In this document: in pieces, positions 62,558 through 64,000 of the stretch
Layout of the letters: each line of letters starts with the position of its first letter
How positions within the stretch are numbered: the first letter of the stretch is position 1
NCBI RefSeq assembly: GCF_004010195.1
Contig: NC_057719.1
Location: 13,562,151 to 13,626,150 of the forward strand
Direction: 5' to 3'
Source of the DNA: Chiloscyllium plagiosum
Lineage: Eukaryota
Length of the DNA stretch: 64,000 nt
The notes under the pieces: model-generated
Seen by the model: the letters and a program-made list of their open reading frames with translations, nothing else
Told to the model about the DNA's origin: nothing
The model's database searches: none
Program-made: the position numbers and the translations under genes

Positions 62558-63224
62558 AGGTCAGAATTTTTTGATCCGGCCCCCACGCACCCTCCCAAAC
62601 ATGTTCAGATTACACATTAGCTTACCATTGCAGATGAGATTGGTGATGGTCTTTGAGTGGTCTTAAATGTCTTTTTCTTTAGCTTCTGCTTGATATAAAC
62701 CCATTTGTTACTGGGGATTAAAATTAGTCCCCATTCTCACCTCACAAAAAATTTAATCATACAGATAAATTAAAGAAACATAGACAGCCATAGTCTGAAT
62801 ACGGCTCAGCCACACAGGCTCTTTGACAGCTTTCTGGGTGCATTCTAGTGACCTGTGTGAGAACTGAAGACAGTCCATCCAATGAATCCTGTGTTACCCA
62901 ACAAGAGTGCATGTGCTATTGACTGAAACTTGAGTTCACCAGGGTCCCAACCTTTCTCTTTGCTCTAAAATAGCTTCAATTGCACCAGAAAGGGTCAGGA
63001 GTGGATCTCCTGAACATATTTACAGCACAATGCCTGACAATTCTGTCCCCAGCCTTTTATTCGTTTCACCTTAAATTACTTCAATAGCAAGAGGAAGAGA
63101 TAGAGAAGAAGAGAGATTTTGAACATTTTTCACAACAATCATAACAAGTCTTGTAAAGCTCAATGTTACATAAAATCTTTTCTCTCATTGATTCTTTGTT
63201 AATGAGTTTGCAGGCTATAGACTC

Positions 63225-63385
63225 GAGCAGTACGGTGGCTCAGTGGTTAGCACTGCTTCCTCACATCGCCAGGGACCTGCATTGGATTCCAGCCCCAGGT
63301 GACTATCTGGGTGGAGTTTGCACATTCTTCCTGTGTCTGTGTTGGTTTCCTCTGGGTGCTCCAGTTCCATCTCACAGTCCAAAGA
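63225..63385 (+). mobile_element. HE1-type SINE 5' half
   Basis: tRNA head and V core, ending at cacagtccaaaga. Confidence 0.8.
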
Positions 63386-64000
63386 ACCTCAGACTACAAA
63401 GGGATCTTGATCAGATGGGCCAATGGGCTGAGGAGCGGCAGATGGAGTTCAATTTAGATAAACGTGAGGTGCTGCATTTTGGGAAAGCAAATCTTAGCAG
63501 GACTTATACACTTAATGGTAATGTCCCACAGAGAGTTGCTGAACAAAGAGACCTTGGAGTGCAGGTTTATAGCTCCTTGAAAGTAGAGTCGCAGGTAGTG
63601 GTATGCTTTCTTTTATTGGTCAGAGTATTGAGTACAGGAGTTGGGAGGCCATGTTGCGGCTGTTCAGGACATTGGTTTGGTCACTTTTGGAATATTGCAT
63701 GCAATTCTGGTCTCCTTCCTATCGGAAAGATGTTGTGAAACTTGAAAGGGTTCAGAAAAGATTTACAAGGATGTTGCCAGGGTTGGAGGATTTGAACTAT
63801 AGGGAGAGGCCGAACAGGCTGGGGCTGTTTTCCCTGGAGTGTCAGAGGCTGAGGGGTGATCTTGTAGAGGTTTATAAAATGATGAGGGGCATGGATAGGG
63901 TAAATAGGCAAAGTCTTTTCCCTTGTGTCGGGGAGTCCAGAACTAGAGGGTATAGGTTTAGGGTGAGAGGGGAAAGATACACTAAGAGACCTAAGGAGCA
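63386..64000 (+). mobile_element. HER1/CR1 LINE RT C-terminal part, running off the window
   Basis: LRLQRDLDQMGQWAE..QMEFNLDK. Confidence 0.92.

Overview
Vertebrate nuclear DNA with assembly gaps. The repeat content (HE1-type V-SINEs, HER1/CR1 LINEs, Penelope-like elements, Rex1/Babar, DeuSINE-like) points to an elasmobranch (shark). I see no intact protein-coding gene, and the long ORFs in the ORF track come from two satellites (23-bp and 26-bp units), LINE fragments and N gaps. The main signal, not evident from the ORF track, is a chain of about 20 small minus-strand exons from ~52.7 kb to ~5.1 kb. Most have AG/GT boundaries and compatible intron phases. Joined, they read as a highly divergent alpha-catenin/vinculin-superfamily protein: N-terminal bundles, M1-M3, an unusually long low-complexity linker and an actin-binding tail. 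The chain carries about 20 or more premature stops, so it looks like a decaying unprocessed pseudogene of an unusual family member. The family call rests on by-eye alignment to remembered human vinculin and alphaE-catenin sequences and needs an HMM or tBLASTn check. Also notable are three families of minimal hammerhead-ribozyme motifs in Penelope-like repeats, nested transposon insertions, and a tandem array arising from a Penelope terminal repeat. Repeat boundaries are approximate.
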